Source: Paragordius varius | Taxonomy: Eukaryota > Animalia > Nematomorpha | Length of the DNA stretch: 64,000 nt | Assembly: GCA_964247055.1 (NCBI GenBank) | Contig: OZ176053.1 | Coordinates: 682,001 to 746,000, forward strand | Reading direction: 5' to 3' | In this document: piece by piece, positions 1-12,488 of the stretch | Position numbering within the stretch: position 1 is the first letter of the stretch | How the letters are laid out: every line of letters begins with the position of its first letter | The notes under the pieces: model-generated | The model's database searches: none | Seen by the model: the letters and a program-made list of their open reading frames with translations, nothing else | Told to the model about the DNA's origin: nothing | Program-made: the position numbers and the translations under genes

Positions 1-316
1 TAATAATATTTTTCCTATGAGATATTATTTTTTAAGTCGTGGATCGCTTTTTCATATATAAAACATTAATTGTTCTATAAAGAGTAAAATATGTTTTTTA
101 GCCCATAATTTTTTACCCACATCTTATTTTCCAGGAAATAAAGTACTAACGAAAAGGCTGTTTTGGCAAATAGCTATAATTGATTAAATAAACAGTGTTA
201 TATTGTAACTATTGTCAACGAGAAAGAATATTGTATGTTAAAATAATGATAATAATTAGTCCCTTGTAAATTTTTTAACATTAACAATATCCAAAATTTT
301 TGATATATGGTAGTAT

Positions 317-1269
317 CAGGGCCTGGAACCGGTTCAAAAAAAGTTGAACCAGAACCGGGTCTGTTCTTGAACAAGTGAAACCGGAAACGCGTTGGTTCTG
401 AAGTATTTAAAAATAAAACCTGGTGTTTCCTGAAATTTTGGAACAGAAACAGGGCTGGTTCCTGAACAAATGGAACCGGAACCGCGTTGGTTTGTTAAAA
501 ATTAGCGGTTCCGGAACCGGTTCTTTACATTTAGAACCGGTTCCATTTTCGGTTCCTGACTTTTGATTGTATGATTTACAAAATAATTATTATAATAATA
601 CAAACAACCAAAATATCAACATTTATAAATCTAACAATTTTTATAAATTGCCAATTGTATACTGATGAAAAAAAATAGTGTAGCATTGAAACAAATTATA
701 AAAATATAATAGGAAAATGTATAAGAAAGGTATAAAATGAGTAAATTAAGTATGGCATTTAAAAAGTCTTTATTTAACTTTAAAAAATTATAGGACCAAG
801 CAATTCGCTGGTCAAACTGCTCTCATGTCTAAATTAAAAAAAGGGTGAAAAACTCTTTCAACGGAGACCTATGTATACGAATATATGTATTATAAATTAA
901 CTCGAGTTCTATTAGTTTTTTTAAAACAGTTGAATCGCCGAAAATTTAGAGAGTATCACTAATATAATATAAGGCGCTTAGTTTAAGGTTTAAAGTTTGA
1001 CGTATGTAATATATACTGGTACAATCAAGTTTAAAAAATAAAATAAAATTTTTATTATAAAAATCATATGGAAACCAGTAATTAAGGGGGTGGAACCGGA
1101 ACCGGGTTGGTTCCTAAAAATTTATAGATAGAATCAAAATGGTTCCTGAAATTTTGGAATCGGTACCGGGGTGTTTTCGGAGAAGTGGAACCGGAACCGC
1201 GTTGGTTCCATCCCAATGGAACCGGTTCTTGTTAAAATCCCAGGAACCGGGTTTCGGTTCCAAGGCCTG
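317..1269. mobile_element. hAT-type MITE (953 bp) with GAACCGG/CCGGTTC subterminal repeats
   Basis: Ends CAGGGCCTGGAACC (317) and GGTTCCAAGGCCTG (1269) form a 12/14 inverted repeat. Perfect 8-bp TSD GGTAGTAT at 309-316 and 1270-1277. Many GGAACCGG motifs near both ends; no transposase ORF. Confidence 0.9.
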
Positions 1270-2040
1270 GGTAGTATTTTTTTCAACGGTTGGACTGCAA
1301 ACAAAAGAAAATAATAATGAAAAAATACAATACATGAAAAAATAGTTTGTAAATTTTTTTTGTCTTATATTTTTAATTGTAATAATAATACCCATGTGTT
1401 TACCTGCTGTATTAGACAAAAATACGGCCCGCTGAGCCATTTGTGTAGGGCCCATGGATAAAAACAATCATGGTGGTTTAAAAACACGGCTTCAACCGAG
1501 TCGAAAAAAGCAGGTCGGAACCGGGGTGGTTTTTAAACGGCTGAAACCGGAACCGGGTTGGTTCCTTGAAAATATAACGGTTTAAGAACCCGTTTCTTAC
1601 ATTTAAAAGCGGTTCAATTTGTTTTCTGAATTAACGTATATTAATACCAAATACTTGGCTGTTAAACTAACATAAATATATTAAATTATAGGCATCACGT
1701 TTAATTAAATGGTGAGATCCTTTTTTAACATATTGGCACTAATTACATACATATTATTGTGTTGTGAACCGCGATATATACCGCTAATGTTACCACCTTA
1801 CATGGTAAAATTTTACTGTATCTTTGGAAAAATATGGGCAAGATAAATTTTATTGTGAGGGTCTCATGCGGCCCATAAACCGCGGTTTGAGTGGCATATA
1901 TAGCTGGGCTCATTTTTCTGTTATGGGTAATCAATTATGGACGCTTTATTTGTGGTTTTGTTAGAATTTAGGGATTGTAAAATTATTTTATATAGATACT
2001 TCACCTGGATATATTTATCGTATATTCTTTTACTAAGCAA

Positions 2041-2360
2041 TAAGAAATAGTTATGATTAAATTTGGCAGCTGGCTCTAGGTTAGGGAAGACTGTATTAAA
2101 ATAAGATTGTTTGTCGGATCTAATGCGGCTTTTGTACTTTATTATTAATATTTTTGTACTCAATGGGAGGGCCTTTGGATTTTGCTATTCTTCTTTAATC
2201 AATCAAGTCGATGCTTTGTTGTGAGATGGTGATTTTTTTGTTTTTGATAGGCGCAGGCGGTATAATATCTTTGACTGTTTCAGTGTTTTGCAAATAGTTG
2301 ACCAAAGGTCATCAGTGTTTAACGTTTCGTAATTTAAGGATTTGAATTTATTGTTAGGTA
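2041..2360 (-). pseudogene. Inverted 5' portion of the same RTE LINE (linker between endonuclease and RT)
   Basis: Minus strand reads, with frameshifts, DDLWSTICKTL..KDIIPPAPIKNKKITISQQSIDLID*RRIAKSKGPPIEYKNINNKVQK..RSDKQSYFN, matching the RTE region just upstream of RT. Candidate TSD AAGCAA at 2035-2040 and 3915-3920. Confidence 0.75.
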
Positions 2361-2361
2361 T

Positions 2362-3914
2362 TCACCCGCGCAAAAAAATGTACAAAGGTCCAATGTCTCA
2401 CACAAATGGAAAACTTTTACCCGATAAGATACATGCAAAATTTGTTCACAAAACAATCAAAAAATCGCTATGATATTTAAACAAATTAACGACCACAAAT
2501 ATTAAAAGAAGAAATTGAATACGCCCTGAGGCATTAACCGGCAATTAAACGACATTTCTACAGAGCTACAAAGGCACATTCCCATAAAATAAATTCAATC
2601 ATTTTTCCAATATATCTTCATTAAGGCAACATTCCCGGTGGACTAAACAAATCACTAGTGGTCCGATATTAAGGGCACCTAAATTATGTGAAAGCTACCG
2701 CAAAATAGCATTAATCAACCAAACCTCAAAGGTGTTTTTAAAAATAATACAAAATCGTCTACAAACATTTTCACCCGGAAATCTCAATGACACAGGCAGG
2801 CTTTAGATAAAAAAAACGATGCCGAGACATGATCTTAAACATTAGATGGATAATGGAAAAAAACTGTTAAAAAATGAGCTATACCTATTCATCGTGGATT
2901 TTTTTAAAGCCTTCGATACCGTTCAACACAACATTCTCTGGAAGGCCCTTAAACAAATAGGAGTTTCCGATCATTTAATCAAGCTAATTAAATCCATATA
3001 CTCCAACTCCTACCTACCACTTAACACCCCGCATGGCCCGAACTCCTGGAGCCCAATGAACATAGGTATGCGTCAAGGCTGCATTTTATCCCTAATGTTG
3101 TTCAACATATATTTGGAATGTATCATGAGGATCTAAATCTGCCAGGAATAAAAGTAGGGGTCACATCCTGGCAACTTTCCACTACGCAGACGATACGGTA
3201 CCAATTCACAAACAAGCCTTGAAAACAGTATCCGAACTTTTATAAATGTGTGCAAAACATGCAATCTAACATTGAATCACAGCAAAACTAAAATATTACA
3301 TATTCCCCTTATTCCTATGACTCGCACCGGTTTAATAACGAAACAATTCAAGTGGCCAACGAATACACACACCTTGGAAGCATTATCATTAAATTAAACC
3401 CCAGTTTCCAAGAAATAGAAAGCCGCATGGCTGCCAAATGCGCTCTAGCCTCACATTACAAAATATGGAAATCGCATGATATAAATCTAAAAACAAAAAT
3501 CGGACTAATAAACGCATTAATATTTCTAGCATGTTATACGGCAGTGAAAGCTGGACCATTAAAAGTGATGACGAGAAAACGCTTTTGAAATGTTTTGCTA
3601 GAGAAAAATACTTGGTATAACATGGAAGGACAAAGTGAAGAACATCGACATCGTAAACAAAATCAACGCACAAACAACGTTTGTTGGTAAAATAATAATA
3701 AATATTTGGTTATTTTGGACACATTATCCAAGGGCATTCTTTGGAAAAGGATATTATGTTAGGAAAAGTAAATGGCAAGAGAGGAATACGTACCTGGATA
3801 GATGAAATCTTTCCAATCACTGCAAAAACTATTTCAACAAGCCCACGAAAGATCCGAGTAGAGGAAGTTTTCTTATAAAATTGCTTGGTCGATAATAAGC
3901 TTAACAACTACAAC
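2362..3914 (+). pseudogene. Decayed RTE-clade non-LTR retrotransposon, RT and 3' part
   Basis: Frameshifted RT motifs: SYRKIALINQTSKV (~2693), VDFFKAFDTV, GMRQGCILSLMLFNIY, YADDT (3183), YTHLGSII, EIESRMAAK..IWKSHDINLKTKIGLINALIF. CAA-rich tail TTAACAACTACAAC. Confidence 0.9.
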
Positions 3915-4595
3915 AAGCAAAAAACTCTAATATATTTATGGTTTTTTACCTGAAGTTTAATTCATAAATTATTGAGGTGTAGATTAAAAAGACAATTATT
4001 ATTACTGTAGTTCTCTTTAAGTGTTATAGGTACATAATTTGAAAATTGTCTATAACTCTATTTCAATCGGATGCCAGAAAAAAAGTTATCATATGTTTAT
4101 TTTAAAAAATAATATACAACAAATTCTAACATTATGATGTTGAGAACCAGAAAAATGTTACCATACAATCAAATTTAAACAATAAAGTTTTATTATAAAA
4201 AATAAAACATAATTCAACCATTATTTTAGAGATGAAAGCGAAACCGGCTCCTGTTAGGATCCCAGAAACCGGGTTCGGGTTCGAAGCCCTGTTTAAAGGT
4301 ATCTCTCTATTTGAATATTTTTTTGGAATGCGGCTAGCAAATTCCTTTTTGAAAACGCATGTTGTGTGATACATGATTAAAACTTTAAACACAAATCATG
4401 GGTAAACGGATACATAGGAATTAAAACGTATATAGATATTATATATAATAATATTTATTAAAGCTGTTTTCAATTTATATCTTTTTATTTATAGTATTGC
4501 ATAAAAATATGTCATCAGTTATTAGCCTCTATCCATATATCACAAGAAACATATAAAACATTTATATCATTTATATTTTGATTCTAACAGAAGTT

Positions 4596-6479
4596 TCAAG
4601 ATTGATTTTGGTGTCCACAAGAACAACAAGCTTCCACAAACGATTTCCTAAAACAAGGATTTAACACTATATTAAGGTAAAATGTTAAGGAGATGTAGAG
4701 ATATTCCAAGAAATTGCATAAGGCAAAGGCAAAATCTACAGATTGTTCGTTCAAATTTTCCAATAAGAATTCAAATAACATGAGGAACATTGAAACAGGC
4801 AATAGGAATACAATAAATTGAAACATAAGGATAAAAAGCATTGTGTAATTCATTAGATTTATGAATTTTCTCCGTTCCTGTTTTAATCTGGTACACGTTT
4901 CTACCCTGCTTGCTCGTTTAATTATGTTGTATGCCGTGTTTTTACCCGTAATAGCTGTTAGCGATTGACTTATGGTAGACAAACGCTTTTTCTTTTCAGG
5001 TTTTGCGGGTATATCTGTTGTTTGACCTATGACAGTGTCAGAAACCGAATGCTTCATTAATTGGAAACTAAGCTTTTTGTGAATAACAACGGGTTGCTGT
5101 TCACTAACACTAGTATCCATGTACGAAGAGTGCGGTAACATGCCGTTTTCCTGGCCATTTTTATGTGTTGTTGCATAATTATCTATCGATTGTTTTGATT
5201 TAATGTGGTGTTTGGTCCCTGTAGATGAGAAAGAGAGATGATTTGAGACAACTTTTTTGCCCGAATATGTTGAAGGTCCTGGTCCTTCCCTCGAGGCAGG
5301 CATTATCATTGAATTCGCCTTTACTTTCCAGGACTCCACGCGTTTTCTGTTTTTAGTCAAACAAATTTTCAAAGCCACAATAAGTAAGAATGGTAGGATG
5401 CGTGTTAAGGATTCCCGCGTAATCCCATATATAATCCAATTCGTTTCGATGTGTGGAGGAAGGTATTTACGAAATGGATTAGTGTACACATATACAGGTT
5501 TACTTTCGTGTAAGGATAAATTGATTCCGTAGAATGTTTCTTCTGAAATCCTTAAAGATGAGATATTAGGTGACATGCTGCTTTGTGCATCCGGAGGGCA
5601 GACACGATGTTTTCTTATTTCAAACCACCAAGCCGATGGCAAATACCAAATGAAGCCAAATAAGAAACATGCTATGAGACTATGACACACGCGTCGGCGA
5701 TTACAAAATTTTTGGTAGGAGTGTGGTTTTAGGATTGCTATACTTTGTACAAAAGCCATATGGACATATATGGCAAAACTAAAGGTAAGCAGCGATTTGG
5801 CCAACGGGAAATGAAACCTGACCATATAATAATTCCAGGGGAACCCAATCCAAAACCTGGATCGTTTAAATTCACCATAGTAGTCTAGGATTGGATAAAC
5901 TAGCATAAACAAGTTATTGATGATATTAATGGCAAACAGTAGGCCCGTCAAAAATTCCGTCAAACTGGTTTGATGAAAACTCCGTTTGAAAAATATCATG
6001 TTTTGTCGAAACTTGTGAGTCCATCGCAATTTCTTACTTTTGACACTAGATTGTGACGGTTGATTTTTTGTGGAACCATTTTGTTTTACCACATCTACCT
6101 TATTATTCATGTTGACCACACTGTCATTTTTATATTTACGTTTTGCGGGTGGGATTATAAAACTGATAACCGGTTTCCCCTGGGGTTGTTCCTTCATATT
6201 TGTCGAATCAAATTGGTCAGGATTACGTTTCATAGTAATGCGATAGTTTTCACCACCCGATCTCCGTTGAAGCCGAGCAAATTTATTTCGCAAATACTTG
6301 TTTGGCATGTAAATCCAAAACATGTATACGCCTACAGCGTTACCCACTAAACCAACGCAAAATATAACGGGCAATAAAATTTCATAGATTTGATGGAAAA
6401 GGGTGTGTGACGTAGGTTTCGATAAATTTTGCCAGAGATCTTGCACTGGGATGCAAACATTCGAATTGTATTTGGGCAT
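4596..6479 (-). CDS. Intronless 7TM rhodopsin-like (class A) GPCR resembling peptide/FMRFamide-receptor types, orphan, 627 aa
   Basis: Seven hydrophobic segments: TM1 LLPVIFCVGLVGNAVGVYMF (GN motif), TM3 end ..QSIAILKP, TM4 ..IWYLP, TM5 RILPFLLIVAL, TM6 ..FIVFLLP, TM7 LCNFLEYLYISLTFYLN followed by helix-8 FR. Long ICL1 and ICL3. Confidence 0.8.
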   Translation of the reverse strand: MPKYNSNVCIPVQDLWQNLSKPTSHTLFHQIYEILLPVIFCVGLVGNAVGVYMFWIYMPNKYLRNKFARLQRRSGGENYRITMKRNPDQFDSTNMKEQPQGKPVISFIIPPAKRKYKNDSVVNMNNKVDVVKQNGSTKNQPSQSSVKSKKLRWTHKFRQNMIFFKRSFHQTSLTEFLTGLLFAINIINNLFMLVYPILDYYGEFKRSRFWIGFPWNYYMVRFHFPLAKSLLTFSFAIYVHMAFVQSIAILKPHSYQKFCNRRRVCHSLIACFLFGFIWYLPSAWWFEIRKHRVCPPDAQSSMSPNISSLRISEETFYGINLSLHESKPVYVYTNPFRKYLPPHIETNWIIYGITRESLTRILPFLLIVALKICLTKNRKRVESWKVKANSMIMPASREGPGPSTYSGKKVVSNHLSFSSTGTKHHIKSKQSIDNYATTHKNGQENGMLPHSSYMDTSVSEQQPVVIHKKLSFQLMKHSVSDTVIGQTTDIPAKPEKKKRLSTISQSLTAITGKNTAYNIIKRASRVETCTRLKQERRKFINLMNYTMLFILMFQFIVFLLPVSMFLMLFEFLLENLNEQSVDFAFALCNFLEYLYISLTFYLNIVLNPCFRKSFVEACCSCGHQNQS

Positions 6480-9400
6480 ATATTATGCAATTAGGGGGTC
6501 GCTATCTAATTATCTAAATGTGTGTAAATATTCAACATTTTTGGGATAAAAAAGATTTTGGAGAGCCAGAAGATGTAACGGTAAGATTTTTACATAGCAT
6601 GCACATTGAATATTTAATGACATAATTTAATTTAAATTAAGAAAGGCTAATACTTGACATATACCGTATAAGCCTATTTAAATCAGTAGAGTATGTTAAA
6701 AAAACTTAATTATTTATGAACCTCACATTCATAAATAATTAATAAATTTGGTATATGGTGTAAAAAAATTTAAAATAATGTATATGCCATAACTATCAGG
6801 TTACCAGTCATCTATTGTCACCTCTTGTCGTCATGCCCATAGAAACGATAAAACATTAATTATTTATCAATTAAGAATCATAAAGAACTAGCCTACCCAA
6901 AAAAGTTTTTTTAATTAATTTTTCAATATTTTTTCTATGAGCTTAATGCCAACGAATCCACCATCATCACGCATTCGTATGACCTTTTATTGTTAAATTA
7001 ATTAAAATAAAACAGGATTGAAATGAAAGACATCTACTGAATTAACCATTTTTAAAGACATTAATTAATTAAAAGGTAGTAATGAAAAAGTAAATAATTG
7101 GGATATTTAAATGTCGTTTTTGGTTTTAAATTAGCTTGTCTTATGCGGCAATAGAAATTTTCAGTTCTAACCAGAAATTAAATTAGCTAAAAGGTGTAAA
7201 ATGTAGCAAATTGGCTTTATACACAATTAGAACTAAACTCTAACTATTTTCGTGTATTTGGTTATTTATAGATTATTATCAATCGATTTTTTCTAAAATC
7301 TCATATCACATTTACTACATCTGTATTAACCACCCATCATTTTAAACCAAAAAATCGTATTTTTCGTTGTCCAAAAAACTGGTTGGGAAGCATATTTATT
7401 TTTTTTATTTTAATCTTACGTAATTTTTTACCCTCGATAAAATAATTTTATGCAATACATCATTAAAATTATTAAAAAGAAGTTAAAACTAATGTAAATA
7501 TATTAAAATCACCCAGATTTAAGATTAAGATAAACCGAATAATTGTTACTAGGGAATGTGCGCTTCATTTCAGACCCCATATTAAATATTAAAAATTTGT
7601 TAATCGATTTAATTCGTAAGCTTGTAATCTAAGCCCGAGAATATTAGAGAATAGATATATAAATGTTTTAGATTAAAATAACAATAATATATAGGTAAGC
7701 GTAATATCTGTAAATCACTTTATTAACATTAATATTAACAACATTTATATTTTCAAACAATTTTTTAGGTGAAATATTAAGATGTCATAAGTAAAGGATT
7801 CAATTTGTTTAAAAAAATAGCAAAAATTTTCGAACATACTTCGAGCGTAATTAATTGAATATGAATGAAACATTTTTCTATACTCATAAAGTGTAACATA
7901 ATTTATCAAAAAATATCTAAATCAAATGTAAATATTCTAAAAAAATTTCATGTTGTTTCTAGTCTAGAGGCTAAGGTGTCATATAATATAGTTATTTCGA
8001 CTCTAATGGTAATTGTGCCGTATACAAAATACACACAAATAATAATCTGAAGAAATATATATATTCTGATATATAAATGTATCTGGATTCTCTTGATGCT
8101 TTTAAATTTGAGCCATACGAATGATATAAGAAAGTTTTTATCACTTTTGTGGCAATATTTGCGCACATTTTGCTGCATTGAATTTTGAAAAAAAGCTAAA
8201 TGCTTCATTCCAAAAAATATCACTAAAAAATATTATAAATTATATATATTTATATGAAAACAATATTTTTTTAATGAAATTCGCAAATTTTTGGACTCGC
8301 TTAATATGGGCAAGTTTTTAATTAATCGTGAAAATTTATAGATACAATGTACCTGTTTGACATCAAAAGTCGTTTTTCCGACAAAAATGGATACTTTGCT
8401 TAAAAATTCAATTTATAGCAAAATTATAATGGAACGAGTTTGGTATTTTGAATCATAGTGGAAATGGTATAACAACTCTTTTTCTATTGAAAATGCCGAA
8501 CATTTTTATCAACTTAGAATTTAAAAAAGGCGTTTACGTTTAAATTGGGGAATTTTTATAAAACTGAAGTGACATAAATTTGCTATTGAAAATTCTAAGC
8601 TCTGTGATCGAAATGATTAGCATCATTATAATTATAAAGAATATATTTTTTTATATTTAAGCGTTTTTCAAACTTATATCATGCTTTAAATACCATATAA
8701 CTCTGACCAAAATTATGATATAAAAAGTTTAAATAATATTTACATTTTTTCAGATATAACATTTTCTATGTCAAAATTTTGCATATATTTGTACAATATC
8801 GGCAGTTTTGTTTAACACTTGAATACAACATTCATTTCAGTTCTTCGATTTAAATTGGGGAAGTTAGATACCCCAGGCTTGTTCAAAATTAAATATTTTA
8901 TAACATATTGAATAAAGTGAAACCATGGCAAAAATTTGCACTTATATAACACTAATCAACCGAAATGTAATTAAAGATTCATTCAAAATTACTATTACTT
9001 TTTCAGAGGTAAAATCCAAAGCAAAATATTTAGATAACATGTGTGGATAAGCTATATAAAAATATTAATAAATATACCACCATTTCTTTACTAAAGTTAA
9101 ATGTGGTTTTAATGAGTAATAAACTTAATTTTTAGAATCAAATAAACATGATATTTTGCAAAACTGTTGTAAAATAAAAATGGCGTTCAAGTAGTTAGAT
9201 ACAAAACTTTTTTCCAAAACTAAATTATTTCTAGATATTCAGACCTATATATATAACACTGTGCAACAAATTTGGGGTCAATTTTCTGGATAATATTTTC
9301 TGATTCCTAATGGTATTGTTATCATATTTGTGTAAAAAAAATTTATTTACTCCGCTTGTTTTCGAGATCTAGGACTTTTTCCAAATTTTGACATACCCAA

Positions 9401-10440
9401 AATTTTCTCGTTTGTAAATAATTTTCGCTAGGTAAACAAAGAATATGTGGCTTATATAAATATTTTTACAAATGAACACCAATATTATATCCAATACTTT
9501 TTGTTCGGGGGGGCAAAAAACTCTCAAAAATTGGGTAACTTAACATTTTTTGACACTATTTTATCATCTTATTAAATAAAAACAAACTTTATTTTATGTT
9601 CTTGGATATTGTTTAAATATAAATATCATTGTGTGTAAATTTTTATTTTTAAAATAAATTTAATTTTTGCACCTTTTTTGGTGTTTTTTTATGTAAAAAA
9701 AGCTAAAATTTACTCAGCTGTAAATACTAAACTCTTAATTTTATCTGTTATTTTTAAATATTTTAATTTATATGTGTTCAACAATACTAAATTTTATGCA
9801 ATATCCTAACAGATTAATTATTTATTTATAAATTTAGGATGACTGAGTAAAAATATTGTATCTCACAAAAAATCTAGGCTAAACCATTTAGAATTTAGGG
9901 ATTTGTGGACCGTTCTAGTACACTCATAGAGGAACTCGGTGAAAATGCAAGAAAAACGCTTTTATATATTTTTTCTTTGTTTTATACATTCTTTTACAAT
10001 CATCAATATATCGATTTGCAGCTAAAATTGTAATATAAATACCATGACCAAGTACCCATCGCAAAAATTTGCATATGACGTGAGCTATATTAGCTTTTAC
10101 TCTGGACGGCTGTGCAGAATAAATAAATATGGGGAATATGCCATATCTTATGAAAAACGTTTGAAAAAACTTTTATATATAATAATGTGCGCTAAAAAGG
10201 GGGGTAAAAAAATTAACGAACATGAGTTTTATTAGAATAAAAAAAATCCCTTGGAAAAGGAGACCCCAAAAATTTAGAGGCATAAATGCGCTCCAAAATG
10301 GAAATCTTCATTTTTTCATTTTCAACTAGAAATAGATTTTTGTCCATATTTTTTTAGCTTATTGAGCAGACACGATAAAACTTTCATATATTATATAAAA
10401 CCTAATATATTTTTAAGAAAAATACATAAAACTATTTTAA

Positions 10441-11014
10441 CACTTGGATACAACACATTCATTTTAGTCCTTCGATTCAAATTGGGGTAGTTAAATACCC
10501 CAGGCATGTTTGAAATTAAATTCTTTAAATAATATGGAAGGAATCAATACCATGGCGAAATCTTGCACTTATATAACATTAATAAACCGAATAATAAAAA
10601 AATTTTATCAAAAATACCTGATATTTCTAATTTTGAGCTAAAACTGAAAGGTAAAAATTTAGTCAACGTGACATGTGTCAAATTGTAAAAAAAACATTAC
10701 AAAATAAACCGCTTTTTCTATTTCTATCAATGTTAGATGTAATTTATATAAAAAATAAGCTTTAGTTTTACCCTTAAAATTAAGTGAAGAAAAATTTTGC
10801 AGAAATTTTGTAAATTAAAATGGCGTCGAAGTAGTTTGAGATGAAACTTTTTTTTCAAAACAAAGTTTTATCAAGATATTTTGGCATATTTATATAATAT
10901 TTATCAGGATAGAAGCATAAATTTAAATTGGGACCGTTTCTTTCAGTAGTTTTTTAATAATTTTAATTTAAATTTAGTCTGGGGTATTTAGATACCCCAA
11001 TTTGAATCGAAGTG
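10441..11014 (+). mobile_element. piggyBac-type MITE (~575 bp), TTAA TSD
   Basis: TTAA|CACTTGG..CCTTCGATTCAAATTGGGGTA ... TACCCCAATTTGAATCGAAGTG|TTAA. Short terminal IR plus internal IR with an asymmetric spacer. Confidence 0.85.
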
Positions 11015-11399
11015 TTAAAGTATCAATAATTTTTTAATTCGACAAAAATAAAAATTCGTAAATTTTATGACATTGTCGAAATATGTTAAAAAATATTATT
11101 GGTAAAAACTCCATAATGTTATTATTATTTAAGTTTTTGACTTATATTAAACATACCAAAGAGTTGGTGTATCTAATAAAGGATATGCATTAAGTCCCTC
11201 AAAAAATTTGTATTTTTTGGAATATTTTGTTATTTTTTCATTTTCCTCACATGCTTCTCACTGTTTCATAACAACATAAAGCTGCTATTTTCAAATGCGA
11301 ATACAGAAAAAACCAGCATATCTCCAAAATTATGAAATTCCCATTACTTTGGATACAGGTATATATATATTGTTCAATAATATAGTTAATAAATTTAAA

Positions 11400-12050
11400 T
11401 GCAAATTGAATAAAGACCTTTTCTGCTATATATGTGGAAGGTATCATCGCCCTACAAATTTGATTAAAATAACTGAACCAATAATTAATAATTATAACTT
11501 GTATTTTGCTGAGAAATTAGTTCATTACAAGGAAATATGGGCCCCCAGCAAGGTAATTATATTAATTATAATAAATCTTACACATTAACCAAACTGTTCT
11601 GTTCTACGCCAGGTGTGCAAACAATGTGTTGGTAGCCTTTCACGCTGGTATAATGGGAAACATGGAAAAATGCCTTTTACAAGCCCTACAATTTGGAAAC
11701 CTCAGAAAAATCATTTCAATGGTTAATTAATTAGTATATTTACAGATTGTTTGTTTTGTTTCTTAGATCAACCAGTCATTAACATGAAAAAAGGAAATAA
11801 AACATTAAAATATCCTGATTTAGAATCGGCCAAGCGACCTAAAAAAATATCAAATACAGTTCCCAAGCCTCCCATGAAAGAGATTTTAATGGACTTAATA
11901 GAAGATTCCCAAGACGATGGTAACATATAAGTTAATCATAGACTTTATTCCGGATGATAATAATGAATCAAGATGCTCTTCTGAGCTAAGTAATATAGCC
12001 AGCTCCACAAGGCTAAGTATTAGGCAAACCGGGATACTCACAGAAAAATA
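11400..12050 (+). pseudogene. N-terminal (Cys-rich) half of Chapaev3-like transposase
   Basis: LFCYICGRY..LYFAEKL..IWAPSK..VCKQCV..W..PTIWKPQKNH..CLFC..YPDLESAKRP..ELSNIASSTRLS matches the CYICG/WAPH/CxxC/DCYFC/YPDLxSAxRP/ELNDLVRDLxLS pattern of this family. Stops and possible small introns are present. Confidence 0.75.
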
Positions 12051-12488
12051 ATTAACATGAAGGCGAATTTGATGTTAAAAAAAGTCAATACAGAAAACGA
12101 AATAAATAAACATATTGATAAATTCCCCCGGTGGATATAGGAATCATTTTATATCTGAATAATGTATTCATTGTTGATAAATAGATTGAAATTCTTATAT
12201 GTATTTGAAGTGTTGTTTTTAGGTTAGACTATCTTCAGGTTTAAAGCATGTCGTCTTTTTTTTCTCCAAGAAGTGCGATCGAGCGCATCATTAATAATGT
12301 TTGAATTGCAAATCATTATATCTTCATTTGTCGTTTTTGATCAATCTTAAAAGGGTCGGCCCCTATTATTTTTTGTTGAAGCGGTGTAGTTAAGCATATA
12401 TTGAAAGTGGTGTGTTGTGTTTAATATTTTCCATTCAAAAATTGTAATGTTTTACAGTTTGTTGCCGTCATTGGCCAACACTCTGAGG

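Larger units (their letters stand above)
1485..4291. mobile_element. Older copy of the same hAT MITE family, split by a LINE insertion
   Basis: Left end CACGGCTTCAACC, right end GGTTCGAAGCCCTG. Degenerate TSD TTTAAAAA/TTTAAAGG. GAACCGG motifs at 1510-1620 and 4240-4290. Confidence 0.65.

Noticed and set aside
1114-1467. ORFs of 117 and 68 aa over 1114-1467
   Set aside because: They lie across the GAACCGG repeats of the hAT MITE end and show no protein motif.
5257-6350. Plus-strand ORFs inside the GPCR; similar ORFs overlap the TBC and ferroportin genes
   Set aside because: Antisense or off-frame shadows of real CDSs.
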